A stretch of DNA of 64,000 nt from Candidatus Obscuribacteraceae bacterium. Its GTDB lineage: Bacteria; Cyanobacteriota; Vampirovibrionia; Obscuribacterales; Obscuribacteraceae. The position numbers and the translations under genes are program-made. Shown here one piece after another: positions 39,791 to 48,695 of this stretch; positions within the stretch are counted from its first letter, which is position 1, and each line of letters starts with the position of its first letter. A model generated the notes under the pieces. It did no database searches, had not been told where the DNA came from, and saw only the letters and a program-made list of their open reading frames with translations. The stretch is from NCBI GenBank assembly GCA_044226015.1, contig JBGAHS010000004.1, positions 768,001-832,000 of the forward strand, in the 5' to 3' direction.

Positions 39791-42700
39791 TTATTGCTGA
39801 TCGCCTGTCATCTTCTTGAGTGCATTGAGGTCAGCTGCCTGTTCTGCGTCGGTCTGTTTCTTGATGCTTCTAGACCTGCGCTTGAGGTTAGCGATGGACA
39901 ATCCGCTGGTCCAGTCTTGTGCAGCCTGCTGCTTGCTGTGTTGGCTGACGCCACGCTGGCTTGCAGGAATTCGTGCATTCGGTTGACCTTGCTGTCCTGG
40001 TACTGGTCTGCCAGCGGCTCCGCCATTGCTTGAGCGTCCGAGATTTCTCGAGACGCCATTCATCTTGGCTCCGAGGCGACCTCCACGACCTTGCTGCGAG
40101 TAACCGGTTCCTGGAACCGGACCAAGCATGCCGTTCTTGCCACCGATGAGAGCTTGCGGTCCAGTGATTGCCTCGCGAGCACGCTGACCTTGCGCCTGTT
40201 CGCGCATTTCTTTCTGGCGTTGCTCTTGTTGCATGTGCTGGGCAGCCTGCTTCTCGGATTCTTTCTGTTGATGCATTTGATATGCTTCTTGTTGCTGCTG
40301 ACGCTCAACGGCTTGTTGATAGTAGCGCTCAGATTGCGGACCATTCATTTGGTTCATAATCTGTTGTTGCTGGCTTTGTTCGTAGGCGACATTAGCTGCT
40401 TGTTGAGCCGCTGCCGCTTGCGCAGCCTGTTGCACCTGGTTCTCTATCACACTGTTGCCAGCGCCGATAGCCTGTGCTGCGGAGGGGTCAACGGAGCCTG
40501 ACGACTGATAGTACATGTTGTTGTTGCTGCCGTCATAACTTACGTTGCTGTTTACGTTGCCTGCGCTGGCTATACTTCCACTGATGTCGGTGGAGTTATC
40601 GGCGCTGTAGTACGAGCTGCTGCTACCGCTATAGCTGTAGTCATCACCGTAATCGATACCGGCAACATCCTGATCTCCGCCAGAGCTGTAGTCGTAAGTT
40701 ACGCTGTCACGTCCCATAGCGGTGTAAGTGTTTGAGTCGAAGCTATTGCTGCCTAATCCACTTCCAGCGGTGAAGCTGTTTCCAGCTGAACCATCATAAG
40801 AATAGTTCGCGGTGTTATTGTAGTTGGCCGCATTGGCTGCGCTTGCCACCTGGCTTGCAGCTTGAGCAGCAGCTGCATCCGTGGCTTCTCTGGCTCTTGC
40901 ATCCATTTGTTGCTGAACCATGCTGTTAGTAGCGCCGGCGTCAGCCATCAGCGTTCCACCATTAGGTGCTGCGTTGTTGCTGCTGTCATTGCCACCACCT
41001 AGACCCTTCGCTTGCGATGGGTCAAAGTTGTTGCCATCACGGGCTGCCACTGATGGATGTGGATGCCCACTCATGTCACCACCACCAGCTTTTACAACCG
41101 TGTTGGTGTCGAGCGATGCGATATTGTCTCTTGCTAGCATGCCGCTCTGTTGGCTACCCGCAGGTATCTGCCCACTCTGGATTGCCGCGACTTGAGCATC
41201 TTGCTGAGAGCGTAATGCATCTTGCTTGGCCGATACATCTGCTTGAGCCTTAGCTTCTGCAAGGTGCATCTTCTCGGCGGCATGGGCCTGCGCCTGAGCC
41301 TGAGCCTGAGCGTGTTGTCCGTGTCCACCATGAGAGCCGTGTCCACCATGAGAGCCGTGTCCACCGTGAGAGCCGTGTCCTCCGTGAGAGCCGTGTCCTC
41401 CGTCGGAGCCATCTGCCCCGGCTAGCCCAGGAGCTTGTGCTGTGCGCGGTGGCATAGACGCGTCACCTGGGGCAGCTACTGGCGAGATCTGTGCGGATAC
41501 TTTGCCTAATGCAGCATCAATTTCACTTGAGCCAGGAGCTGCACTGTCATCAGCGCCTTCATCGAAGCCCTGGAAGACATCGCCGTCACCACCGTCACCA
41601 CCGTCACCACCGTCACCACCATCACCACCCTTAGAGCCGGTACCAGCGGTTCCATCTTTCCCACTTACAGGTGGAGGTGTGTGTGCGCCGCCATGTCGTC
41701 CGTCGACACCAGAGCTGCCATGTGCGAAGGCCGCAACTGATCTAGTGTTGGATTCACTGGAGTTTTCCAATTTGTCTTTTCCACCGGAGCCGGCTAGCGT
41801 GTCACTGCCTTCTCCACCGGTAATTGTGTCTTTTGAAGATGTAGGATTAACCACTCCGACGGCTTCAGTTTTTGGGGCTGATGGATTCGGATGATTATCA
41901 CCCTTAGGTGCACCTTTATCGCCTTCTTTGCCACCACCTTCTTTGCCGCCGCCTTTGCCGCCGCCACCGCCGCCGCCACCGCCGCCACCACCACCACCGC
42001 CTTTAGCAGCAGCTTGTGCAGCTTTCTGTGCCATGCTCATGGCTTCACGACCAGCGTCTTTGACGAGACCCGTAAAGTCAAAAGCAAACTTGGCTGAACC
42101 GATTGCAAGGAAGTTCAACGCGGTGAACATGATGGTGCCGGTGTCATCAACTCCATGGAAACATGCCATAAGAAGGATGGTGACGCTCCAGAAGAGACTC
42201 CAGCAACAGAGGGTGACAACACCTTCAATCCAGCTTGGGAATGCTTCACGCAACTGTCTTGAGGGGTAGACCCAGCAGGCTGCAATGACTGGACCAACCA
42301 GCCATAAGTAGTACAAGTATGCTTGTTGAACAGCGCAGAGAATTACCCACGCCATGGTGAAGGCTGCATTAGCCTGGTTGTATGCTAGTCTTTGCTCGTT
42401 GACCATGTAAGGAACGTTGTCGTTGTTACGGTCTGGAGGAACTATGTACAAGCCTACGCAGGGGTCTGCGTATTTAATGGCGAGTGTCTTTCCTTCAAGT
42501 CTTGCAAGTGGAGTATTGCCGAAGTAGTTGAACATTTGTGCTTCCTGGTCAGTAACCTGTCCAGGGTTTTCTTCAGGCTCACGAATTGGAAACGCACGAA
42601 TATGTCCGCAGAAAGCGTCTGTGTACATATCGGTTCCAAAAAGATTGTGATAGCTGGTCGCTACAGTATCCGTCAATGAGTTGGCAATATCGATGCCATA

Positions 42701-44863
42701 GTTGACCACTAAATAGGTAGCTGGAATGAGGAATATTCCAACTATGCTGCGGAAAATTCCTTCAAACGGGTTGATTTCACCAAGGACAACGAATCCCTGG
42801 GAAACGATTGATTTCAATTGGCAGATTACGGCGCCTGGAAGCAGAAGCAGAATTGCCATAGGAATAAAGAGTCGGTCGCGTATCTGGTTCCATCTGTTGC
42901 CACCATCTACGGTGAAGTTCTCGAGGAAGCTGCGTACCCAGTCGATTGCTGCCGCTGCGTGATAACGTTCCATCGCAGCCAGGTTATCTGCACCAGACTG
43001 CTTTTGTGAGTTTTGATTAGACTTAGCCTGTCCCTCGTTGGCACCCGGGGTCATTTGCATCTTCTGCCCCATAACAGCTGCAGCACCAGATGCAACACCG
43101 TTTGCAGCACCACCAACCATGTTTCCGGCTGCCTGACCTACTGCACCGACACCTTTGACGAAGTCAGATACTCCGTCGGTTTTAGGGAACTGAGCCTGTC
43201 CTGGTGGTGATGGGTGTGGTTCACTGTGCGGGATTGCAACGGTGTCAAGACCCGATGTCGTGTTGGTCGTGCCGTTTCCGCCACCACCGCCACCTGGCTG
43301 ATTGCCGCCAGTGGGTTGTTTGTATGGTGGATTTTTTTGAACAGTGGTTGGGGTTGGGTCTACCCAACCGAATGGATCTGTTGGCGGTTTCGAACCATCA
43401 TCTGTGGGGTGACCTCCGTGTGGAGGCGTATTGAAGCCGTCGTTAGGACCGCCTTTGGTGTTCGGCGTCTTGGTAATAGTCGTTCTAGGATGGTTCGGAT
43501 TTGTGTGGTCGAAAGGTCCACCACCACCTGTTCCTGGCTCTTCTTCTTGTGTTCTGGGTCCTAAGCGAGGAACGTAATTGCCACCACCTGGCCTTGAAGA
43601 GCTGTTGTGTGGAGTTCCCACGCCTCCACCCGGGTTACCCAGGTGACTGCCCATGTCTATCGAAGATGACTGACCGATGTTAACTGGAGTGAGTCCACCA
43701 CCTCCATGCGGAGTGGTGCTTCCAGAGCCACCATAGTAAGGGCTTATGCCCATCGGTACAGAGGAATGTGAACCACTCACACCGGTTCCGACCACACCTC
43801 CAGACGAGCCGGTGAATGCACCGCCGACGCCCGTTCCCGTGACACCGTGTCCGACAGGACTAGTGCCACTCTGACCTGTGTGGATGCCTGAGATGCCGCC
43901 TCCTATGCCTGAGCCGCTCACGCCACCACCGGTGTGTCCGCTGCCGACTCCTCTGACACCACCTGAGGTGCCTGCTCCTATAGTCTGTGAGCCGTTGCTG
44001 CCGATGTTGAAGCCTGCGACTCCTCCACCGAATGGGCTGCTTCCACTTTGAGAGCTTCCGTGAGTACTGCTATTAAAGTACCCTCCAGTGCCTTTGCTGG
44101 TAGTGCCTTCAGCATTCAATGATTGCGAGCGACTCTGACCTGCATGTGCTGTGCCCACGCCCTGGCTGCCGCTTCCGAAATATCCGTTACCATCAAGCTT
44201 CTTATTGCTGTTGCTACTAAATGTGTCACCAAATCCCTGAGTGCGAGGATTGCTTACATGTGATGTATCGACTAGTGGTGCTCCACCGGCGCCACCTGGT
44301 CTGTAGGAATTGACGTGTTTTGTTGAGAATTTATCGCCCTTGCTGTCACCGCCACCACCCATTCCGGAGGTGGAATTCTTCCCTCCAAATTGAGAGAATG
44401 ACTGATGCATCATGCCGTTCGGATGCGTTGGTGAGAACTTGAGTTGAGCTGCGCCTTGTTTGGCCTCGGAGACCGGCGATTGCATCGAGCCACCAGAAGA
44501 GCCCTGGCCACCGCCACCACCACCGCCACCGCCACCTTTGGAACCGCCGCTGTTGTCGCCGCCCATTGAGGTGTCGCAAATATGGTTTTTGTAAGGCATG
44601 CCCTGAGCTTGCCCAGCATAGTTGTTGTAGTGCTGCAGATAGTCTCTTTGAGTTCCTGTCGGGTTGCCGACAGTGTTCGGGTCGAGAGCCAAGGCGCTTG
44701 GCGAAGAAACAGCCAACAGCGTCAACAACATCAGCCACTTCTGACTGTTTGCTGTCGCTCTGGCATCATCGAGTTTTACTCGATTTTTGCGTTTTGAAAG
44801 TGCGCTCTTTTGGTGGAAATCTAGACTCATTGATGGATCTTCCGTGGCCGACGACATTCCCAT
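39791..44863 (-). CDS. Giant TrbL/VirB6-like membrane protein with long Gly/Ser-, His-, Tyr- and Gln-rich low-complexity regions
   Basis: 1690 aa; central FIPMAILLLLPGA, RSIVGIFLIP, LVGPVIAACWVYP..F.SW match 33266..35044. Confidence 0.75.
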   Translation of the reverse strand: MGMSSATEDPSMSLDFHQKSALSKRKNRVKLDDARATANSQKWLMLLTLLAVSSPSALALDPNTVGNPTGTQRDYLQHYNNYAGQAQGMPYKNHICDTSMGGDNSGGSKGGGGGGGGGGQGSSGGSMQSPVSEAKQGAAQLKFSPTHPNGMMHQSFSQFGGKNSTSGMGGGGDSKGDKFSTKHVNSYRPGGAGGAPLVDTSHVSNPRTQGFGDTFSSNSNKKLDGNGYFGSGSQGVGTAHAGQSRSQSLNAEGTTSKGTGGYFNSSTHGSSQSGSSPFGGGVAGFNIGSNGSQTIGAGTSGGVRGVGSGHTGGGVSGSGIGGGISGIHTGQSGTSPVGHGVTGTGVGGAFTGSSGGVVGTGVSGSHSSVPMGISPYYGGSGSTTPHGGGGLTPVNIGQSSSIDMGSHLGNPGGGVGTPHNSSSRPGGGNYVPRLGPRTQEEEPGTGGGGPFDHTNPNHPRTTITKTPNTKGGPNDGFNTPPHGGHPTDDGSKPPTDPFGWVDPTPTTVQKNPPYKQPTGGNQPGGGGGGNGTTNTTSGLDTVAIPHSEPHPSPPGQAQFPKTDGVSDFVKGVGAVGQAAGNMVGGAANGVASGAAAVMGQKMQMTPGANEGQAKSNQNSQKQSGADNLAAMERYHAAAAIDWVRSFLENFTVDGGNRWNQIRDRLFIPMAILLLLPGAVICQLKSIVSQGFVVLGEINPFEGIFRSIVGIFLIPATYLVVNYGIDIANSLTDTVATSYHNLFGTDMYTDAFCGHIRAFPIREPEENPGQVTDQEAQMFNYFGNTPLARLEGKTLAIKYADPCVGLYIVPPDRNNDNVPYMVNEQRLAYNQANAAFTMAWVILCAVQQAYLYYLWLVGPVIAACWVYPSRQLREAFPSWIEGVVTLCCWSLFWSVTILLMACFHGVDDTGTIMFTALNFLAIGSAKFAFDFTGLVKDAGREAMSMAQKAAQAAAKGGGGGGGGGGGGGGGKGGGKEGGGKEGDKGAPKGDNHPNPSAPKTEAVGVVNPTSSKDTITGGEGSDTLAGSGGKDKLENSSESNTRSVAAFAHGSSGVDGRHGGAHTPPPVSGKDGTAGTGSKGGDGGDGGDGGDGGDGDVFQGFDEGADDSAAPGSSEIDAALGKVSAQISPVAAPGDASMPPRTAQAPGLAGADGSDGGHGSHGGHGSHGGHGSHGGHGSHGGHGQHAQAQAQAQAHAAEKMHLAEAKAQADVSAKQDALRSQQDAQVAAIQSGQIPAGSQQSGMLARDNIASLDTNTVVKAGGGDMSGHPHPSVAARDGNNFDPSQAKGLGGGNDSSNNAAPNGGTLMADAGATNSMVQQQMDARAREATDAAAAQAASQVASAANAANYNNTANYSYDGSAGNSFTAGSGLGSNSFDSNTYTAMGRDSVTYDYSSGGDQDVAGIDYGDDYSYSGSSSSYYSADNSTDISGSIASAGNVNSNVSYDGSNNNMYYQSSGSVDPSAAQAIGAGNSVIENQVQQAAQAAAAQQAANVAYEQSQQQQIMNQMNGPQSERYYQQAVERQQQQEAYQMHQQKESEKQAAQHMQQEQRQKEMREQAQGQRAREAITGPQALIGGKNGMLGPVPGTGYSQQGRGGRLGAKMNGVSRNLGRSSNGGAAGRPVPGQQGQPNARIPASQRGVSQHSKQQAAQDWTSGLSIANLKRRSRSIKKQTDAEQAADLNALKKMTGDQQ
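41318..41403 (-). repeat. 18-nt tandem repeat encoding (GGHGSH)x4
   Basis: Plus-strand unit GTGTCC(A/T)CC(A/G)TGAGAGCC, four copies plus a partial copy. Confidence 0.9.
41583..41629 (-). repeat. 9-nt tandem repeat encoding (GGD)x5
   Basis: ACCGTCACC units on the plus strand. Confidence 0.85.
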
Positions 44864-44937
44864 TGCTCACATGAACCACTTGCGTGGGGGCGCGAGTCCC
44901 CCTTTTTACACAAATTGTCAAGATAGTAATGGTCGCA

Positions 44938-44972
44938 ATTATGCTGGCGATTTGTGTAAAATTTGTTAGTTT
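44938..44972 (-). promoter_or_regulatory. Conserved upstream motif, copy 2
   Basis: Minus strand reads AAACTAACAAATTTTACACAAATCGCCAGCATAAT; a 12-bp inverted partner TTTTACACAAAT lies at 44904..44915. Confidence 0.7.
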
Positions 44973-45168
44973 CTACGCACATGCGCCACCAGACTTGCTT
45001 CCATTCTGTTCCCAAAAATGCCATCTGTAAATCGATGTCTAAAGGATGAAAAGTAGCTTCTGGTAAAGCTATTCAGTCTCGAAACCGGCGCTGAACAAGA
45101 ATTCGTCCCCTGCGCCACGCCCCGCACGCCCGGAAGAATTAATCTAAAACCTCGAAACCAAGACCCCG

Positions 45169-45198
45169 CGATACGTACACGAATTAGCGTACGTATCG
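45169..45198 (-). terminator. Hairpin immediately after the stop of 45200..48592
   Basis: CGATACGTAC-N10-GTACGTATCG; no clear U tract. Confidence 0.5.
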
Positions 45199-45199
45199 A

Positions 45200-48100
45200 T
45201 TATTTGTCTTCCTCTCTGCGAAGCTGCTTGTAAGCTTCCAAGTCTTCGAAGCTTGATGTCGAAATCTCTTTCATCAGGTCTCTGGCCTCTGCGCTATTTT
45301 TCGCAAGTTTGTGCAAAAGAGTGCGTGCCTCTGTGTTTGGTGGATCAGTCTCCATGGCTCGACGAATGGCTGCTACTGCGTCTCTGTTTTTGTGCTTTGC
45401 CGCCAGAGAATTCGCATTTGACACCAGCACTGCCGCTAGTTTCTTTGCAAGCTGGCTGGCTTTGCTCGTGCAGAAATCGGCGCCTTGCATGTCTCCTTTT
45501 CGCTGGTAAATTTTTGCCATCAAGCGCATGCCTGATAAATCATCGCGTCGTATTTTCAAGAAAGCCTGCATGAAGGGTAGTGCGTTTTCTGGGTCATCGA
45601 GCTGAAGATAGGCATCTCCTATCATGCCGAGTGCGGTTGGATTTTGCACAATGAAATTTGAATTTGAGATATAGGGAGTCAAGATATCAATCACTTTCTG
45701 TGGGTCGCTATCAGCTTTTCCAATGTCTGGAAGCGTTTGATTAGCAATCTGATACCAATCTTTGATATCGGGACAATATGTTTGGGCTAGCCTGAACTTA
45801 TACACGGAACTGTTCGGTTCAAGCTTTAAGACTGCCTCAAAATCTTTACGAGCCCGCAATGGTGCTCCAGCTAGAAGTGATACCAGACCACGAACGCCCA
45901 GAGGTTTGGTATCAGCAGGAAACTCCTTTACCGCCTTCTCTGCGAGGGCAAAAGCCTTTTCGAAATTCGCCTTTCTCTGTGCGTTTATGAGCGCCTGCGC
46001 ACACAGAGCAAATGAACTCTTTTCTGTTTTGTATGACTCTATCGCCCATTCTTCGGCTAAATTGCTGTCGAGTACCATGGCTCTTTCGGAAATTCCAGCC
46101 ATCTTCATTGCGATTTGAGTTTTGCTCATGCCAGTCCAGTCAATCGCATCCCAAACGTTTCCAGAGTTATTCAAGAACCATTTTGCATTCTCAGTTACAT
46201 AACCCATCTGCTCGTATGTTCGAGAAACATCAAATTCAATGTGGTTGCGATCATCGGTGTTGGGCTCGACACCACGAGTTACTTTCTCAATGCCCTCATC
46301 AGTCATTATCACTTTTATAGCAAGGTCTTCCGGCACGCTTATGGCACCATACTTAGCGAGATGTTCGCGTAGGTTTCTTGATTGCAAAGCATACTCAACC
46401 TTCTTAAAGTCAATTTTCAGCTCTTCATCAGAAGCGCAAGCGGCGATATCTCCTGTATATGTCTGGAACACAAGTATGTGTTTGAAGACATTTTTTAGAG
46501 CCTTAAAGACTCTCGCCAAATTGTCGTGGCTCACTTCATTGCTTTGCCACCAGAGGGTGAAGATGCCACCATCTTTCAATCTGTCATGGCAAACCTTGAA
46601 ATAGTCTTGTGTGTAGAGATTGCATACTCCAGCCTGCCATGGATTGGAAGGCTCGGAAGTTATGACATCGAATTTTTCATCTGTGGCAAGCAAGTAATTT
46701 CTACCATCGTTGTATTCGATTCTAAGGCGGGGATCTTGCTCAGGCGCCAGATTGACGTTATGGAAATACTGAGATGTTTCCACCACCGCTGGTTCGATTT
46801 CAGCACAAACCATATTTTTCACCTTGGGAAACATCAAAGCGTAACCCATGGTGCAGCCGCTGCCCCAGCCCACATCTGCTATGTCGGTGGCTTCTGGCTT
46901 AAGTAGTAGCGGAATGGATGGCAGCATTGCTTGAGTGGGCATATCGGTAGGACCATCAGATGCATCGATATGACCGTTGGTGAACAAGGAAACTTGCTGG
47001 TCTCTGAACCGCACTACTGCTACGTTTGCGCAAATTCCGTCTTTCCAGAACAGTATGTCGAACGTGTTTGCTATTTGCTCAGCCCATTTTCCGAAATCAG
47101 AAGTTGGTTTGCTACTAGCAAAACTCATCGCTCGCCGCAATTTTTGTGACGCCGTGATTAAGTGAAGATTCCATACCTTCGGCTGTCCCAGAGCCCATAT
47201 GGCGAGGGCACCAGTGACTACACAGCCCACCGCCTTTAGTGGCATCTTTCCTTCGACAGATGTGAGCAAAACAACTACACCGATTAGCGCGTTGGTTAAT
47301 GCGCAGTCCACTAGGGTTTGTTCCGTACCTAAGTAAGGGATGATGGCAAACCCGGCAAGAAACGAGCCTACGATGGCGCCCAGCGTGTTAACCGAGTAGA
47401 GAGTTCCAATTGAATTACCCAGCTTTGATAGTTCTTTGGCACAAGCTTTAACAGCTAGAGGAAAAGTCGCCCCCAAAAGAAGTGCAATCGGCACCATAAT
47501 TGCCCCGGCCAGTAAGAACCGATTGTTCATACCAACCGTCGGATTATCAATGGCTGTGCTGTTTGCAATTACGTTCCAGTATGGAAGGTAGTTAAATAAG
47601 ACCAGGGAGACAACCCCCATGCCACCCAGTATTATTTGAAGCACAGCAAACCATAAGCAAGGATTCTTCGCGCGGTCTGCAAAGCTGGACATCAACAAGC
47701 TGCCAATAAAAATTCCGATAAGGAATGTCGACAGCATTATTGAAAATGCATATGTTGTCGAGCCGATAATTAGTAGAAGACTGCGTGTCCACGAGACTTC
47801 GTATATCATCGCAATCGCGCCAGAGAAGCCAAAGGCAAGCAGCATGATTCTTGCTTCTTTTGAAATAGGAGTTGGCTCTGGGCTGGGCTCCCAGTCTTTT
47901 GCTGGCTGTGCTTGCAGGGCAGTCCAGAATCGACTCAGCACCAAGACGACTAGCATTAGAGCAATGTTTGTAAGCGCTGCTATCATTGTGCTGGTCTTCA
48001 GCCCGTAAAGTGGTATCAAATAGAAGCCACCGCTCATGGCACCGGCTACAGCACCCAGGGTGTTTATTGAGTAAAGTGTTCCGACTCTGGCACCTACCAC

Positions 48101-48592
48101 GTTCAGGCTGCTTGTGATGAAGCGGGAAAGTAAGGGCAAAGTGGCGCCCATACACGCTGTAGGAACGAGAAGAATTGCAGATACGACTGCAAAACGAAGC
48201 AACGAAAACGGTAAGATTTGCAAGTGTAATGATTGCCAGAATGCTTTGTAAATCGGTAGAGCCGCATCAAACATGGATGGCGCCGCAAACGCCCAGAGTC
48301 CGATGATACCTTCGAGAATTCCGTACAACAGGAACGGGTTCTTGAACTTATCTGCAATTTTTCCTGCTACAAATGAACCCAGTGCAAGACCGCCCATGAA
48401 AGCACTTAAAACGGTAGCTGAAGCAAAAGTGCTTGAACCAAACACAAAAACCATTTGCCTGGTCCAGATGACCTGATAAATCAGGCTGCTGGCTCCTGAA
48501 AAGAAGAAGAGCAAAGCAACTATTAAGAGTTTAGACAGTGGAGTCTTTTCATCCGTAGATGTGTTGCCAGTCAAAGCAACTCCTTTCTGCAT
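45200..48592 (-). CDS. Fused membrane domain / spermidine-synthase-like SAM-binding domain / TPR protein (copy 2)
   Basis: Two TM repeats (SG...IY.V.WTR...GS.T), NGHIDAS, GWGSG, AEIEP, DGRNYL, SEPSNPW. Confidence 0.9.
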   Translation of the reverse strand: MQKGVALTGNTSTDEKTPLSKLLIVALLFFFSGASSLIYQVIWTRQMVFVFGSSTFASATVLSAFMGGLALGSFVAGKIADKFKNPFLLYGILEGIIGLWAFAAPSMFDAALPIYKAFWQSLHLQILPFSLLRFAVVSAILLVPTACMGATLPLLSRFITSSLNVVGARVGTLYSINTLGAVAGAMSGGFYLIPLYGLKTSTMIAALTNIALMLVVLVLSRFWTALQAQPAKDWEPSPEPTPISKEARIMLLAFGFSGAIAMIYEVSWTRSLLLIIGSTTYAFSIMLSTFLIGIFIGSLLMSSFADRAKNPCLWFAVLQIILGGMGVVSLVLFNYLPYWNVIANSTAIDNPTVGMNNRFLLAGAIMVPIALLLGATFPLAVKACAKELSKLGNSIGTLYSVNTLGAIVGSFLAGFAIIPYLGTEQTLVDCALTNALIGVVVLLTSVEGKMPLKAVGCVVTGALAIWALGQPKVWNLHLITASQKLRRAMSFASSKPTSDFGKWAEQIANTFDILFWKDGICANVAVVRFRDQQVSLFTNGHIDASDGPTDMPTQAMLPSIPLLLKPEATDIADVGWGSGCTMGYALMFPKVKNMVCAEIEPAVVETSQYFHNVNLAPEQDPRLRIEYNDGRNYLLATDEKFDVITSEPSNPWQAGVCNLYTQDYFKVCHDRLKDGGIFTLWWQSNEVSHDNLARVFKALKNVFKHILVFQTYTGDIAACASDEELKIDFKKVEYALQSRNLREHLAKYGAISVPEDLAIKVIMTDEGIEKVTRGVEPNTDDRNHIEFDVSRTYEQMGYVTENAKWFLNNSGNVWDAIDWTGMSKTQIAMKMAGISERAMVLDSNLAEEWAIESYKTEKSSFALCAQALINAQRKANFEKAFALAEKAVKEFPADTKPLGVRGLVSLLAGAPLRARKDFEAVLKLEPNSSVYKFRLAQTYCPDIKDWYQIANQTLPDIGKADSDPQKVIDILTPYISNSNFIVQNPTALGMIGDAYLQLDDPENALPFMQAFLKIRRDDLSGMRLMAKIYQRKGDMQGADFCTSKASQLAKKLAAVLVSNANSLAAKHKNRDAVAAIRRAMETDPPNTEARTLLHKLAKNSAEARDLMKEISTSSFEDLEAYKQLRREEDK

Positions 48593-48695
48593 GGGAAATT
48601 GCAGTTCTTGCCGTGTTTAAGAGAGGCTTTCGCCTGACCGGCACTATCTTACACCCGATAGCAAGAGGGCGCACTGCTTGAGAATATGCACAGCT

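Noticed and set aside
41318..41403. His-Xaa-Ser (HxsA) RiPP precursor repeat
   Set aside because: The unit is HGSHGG inside a 1690-aa membrane protein, and no Hxs radical SAM genes are in the window.
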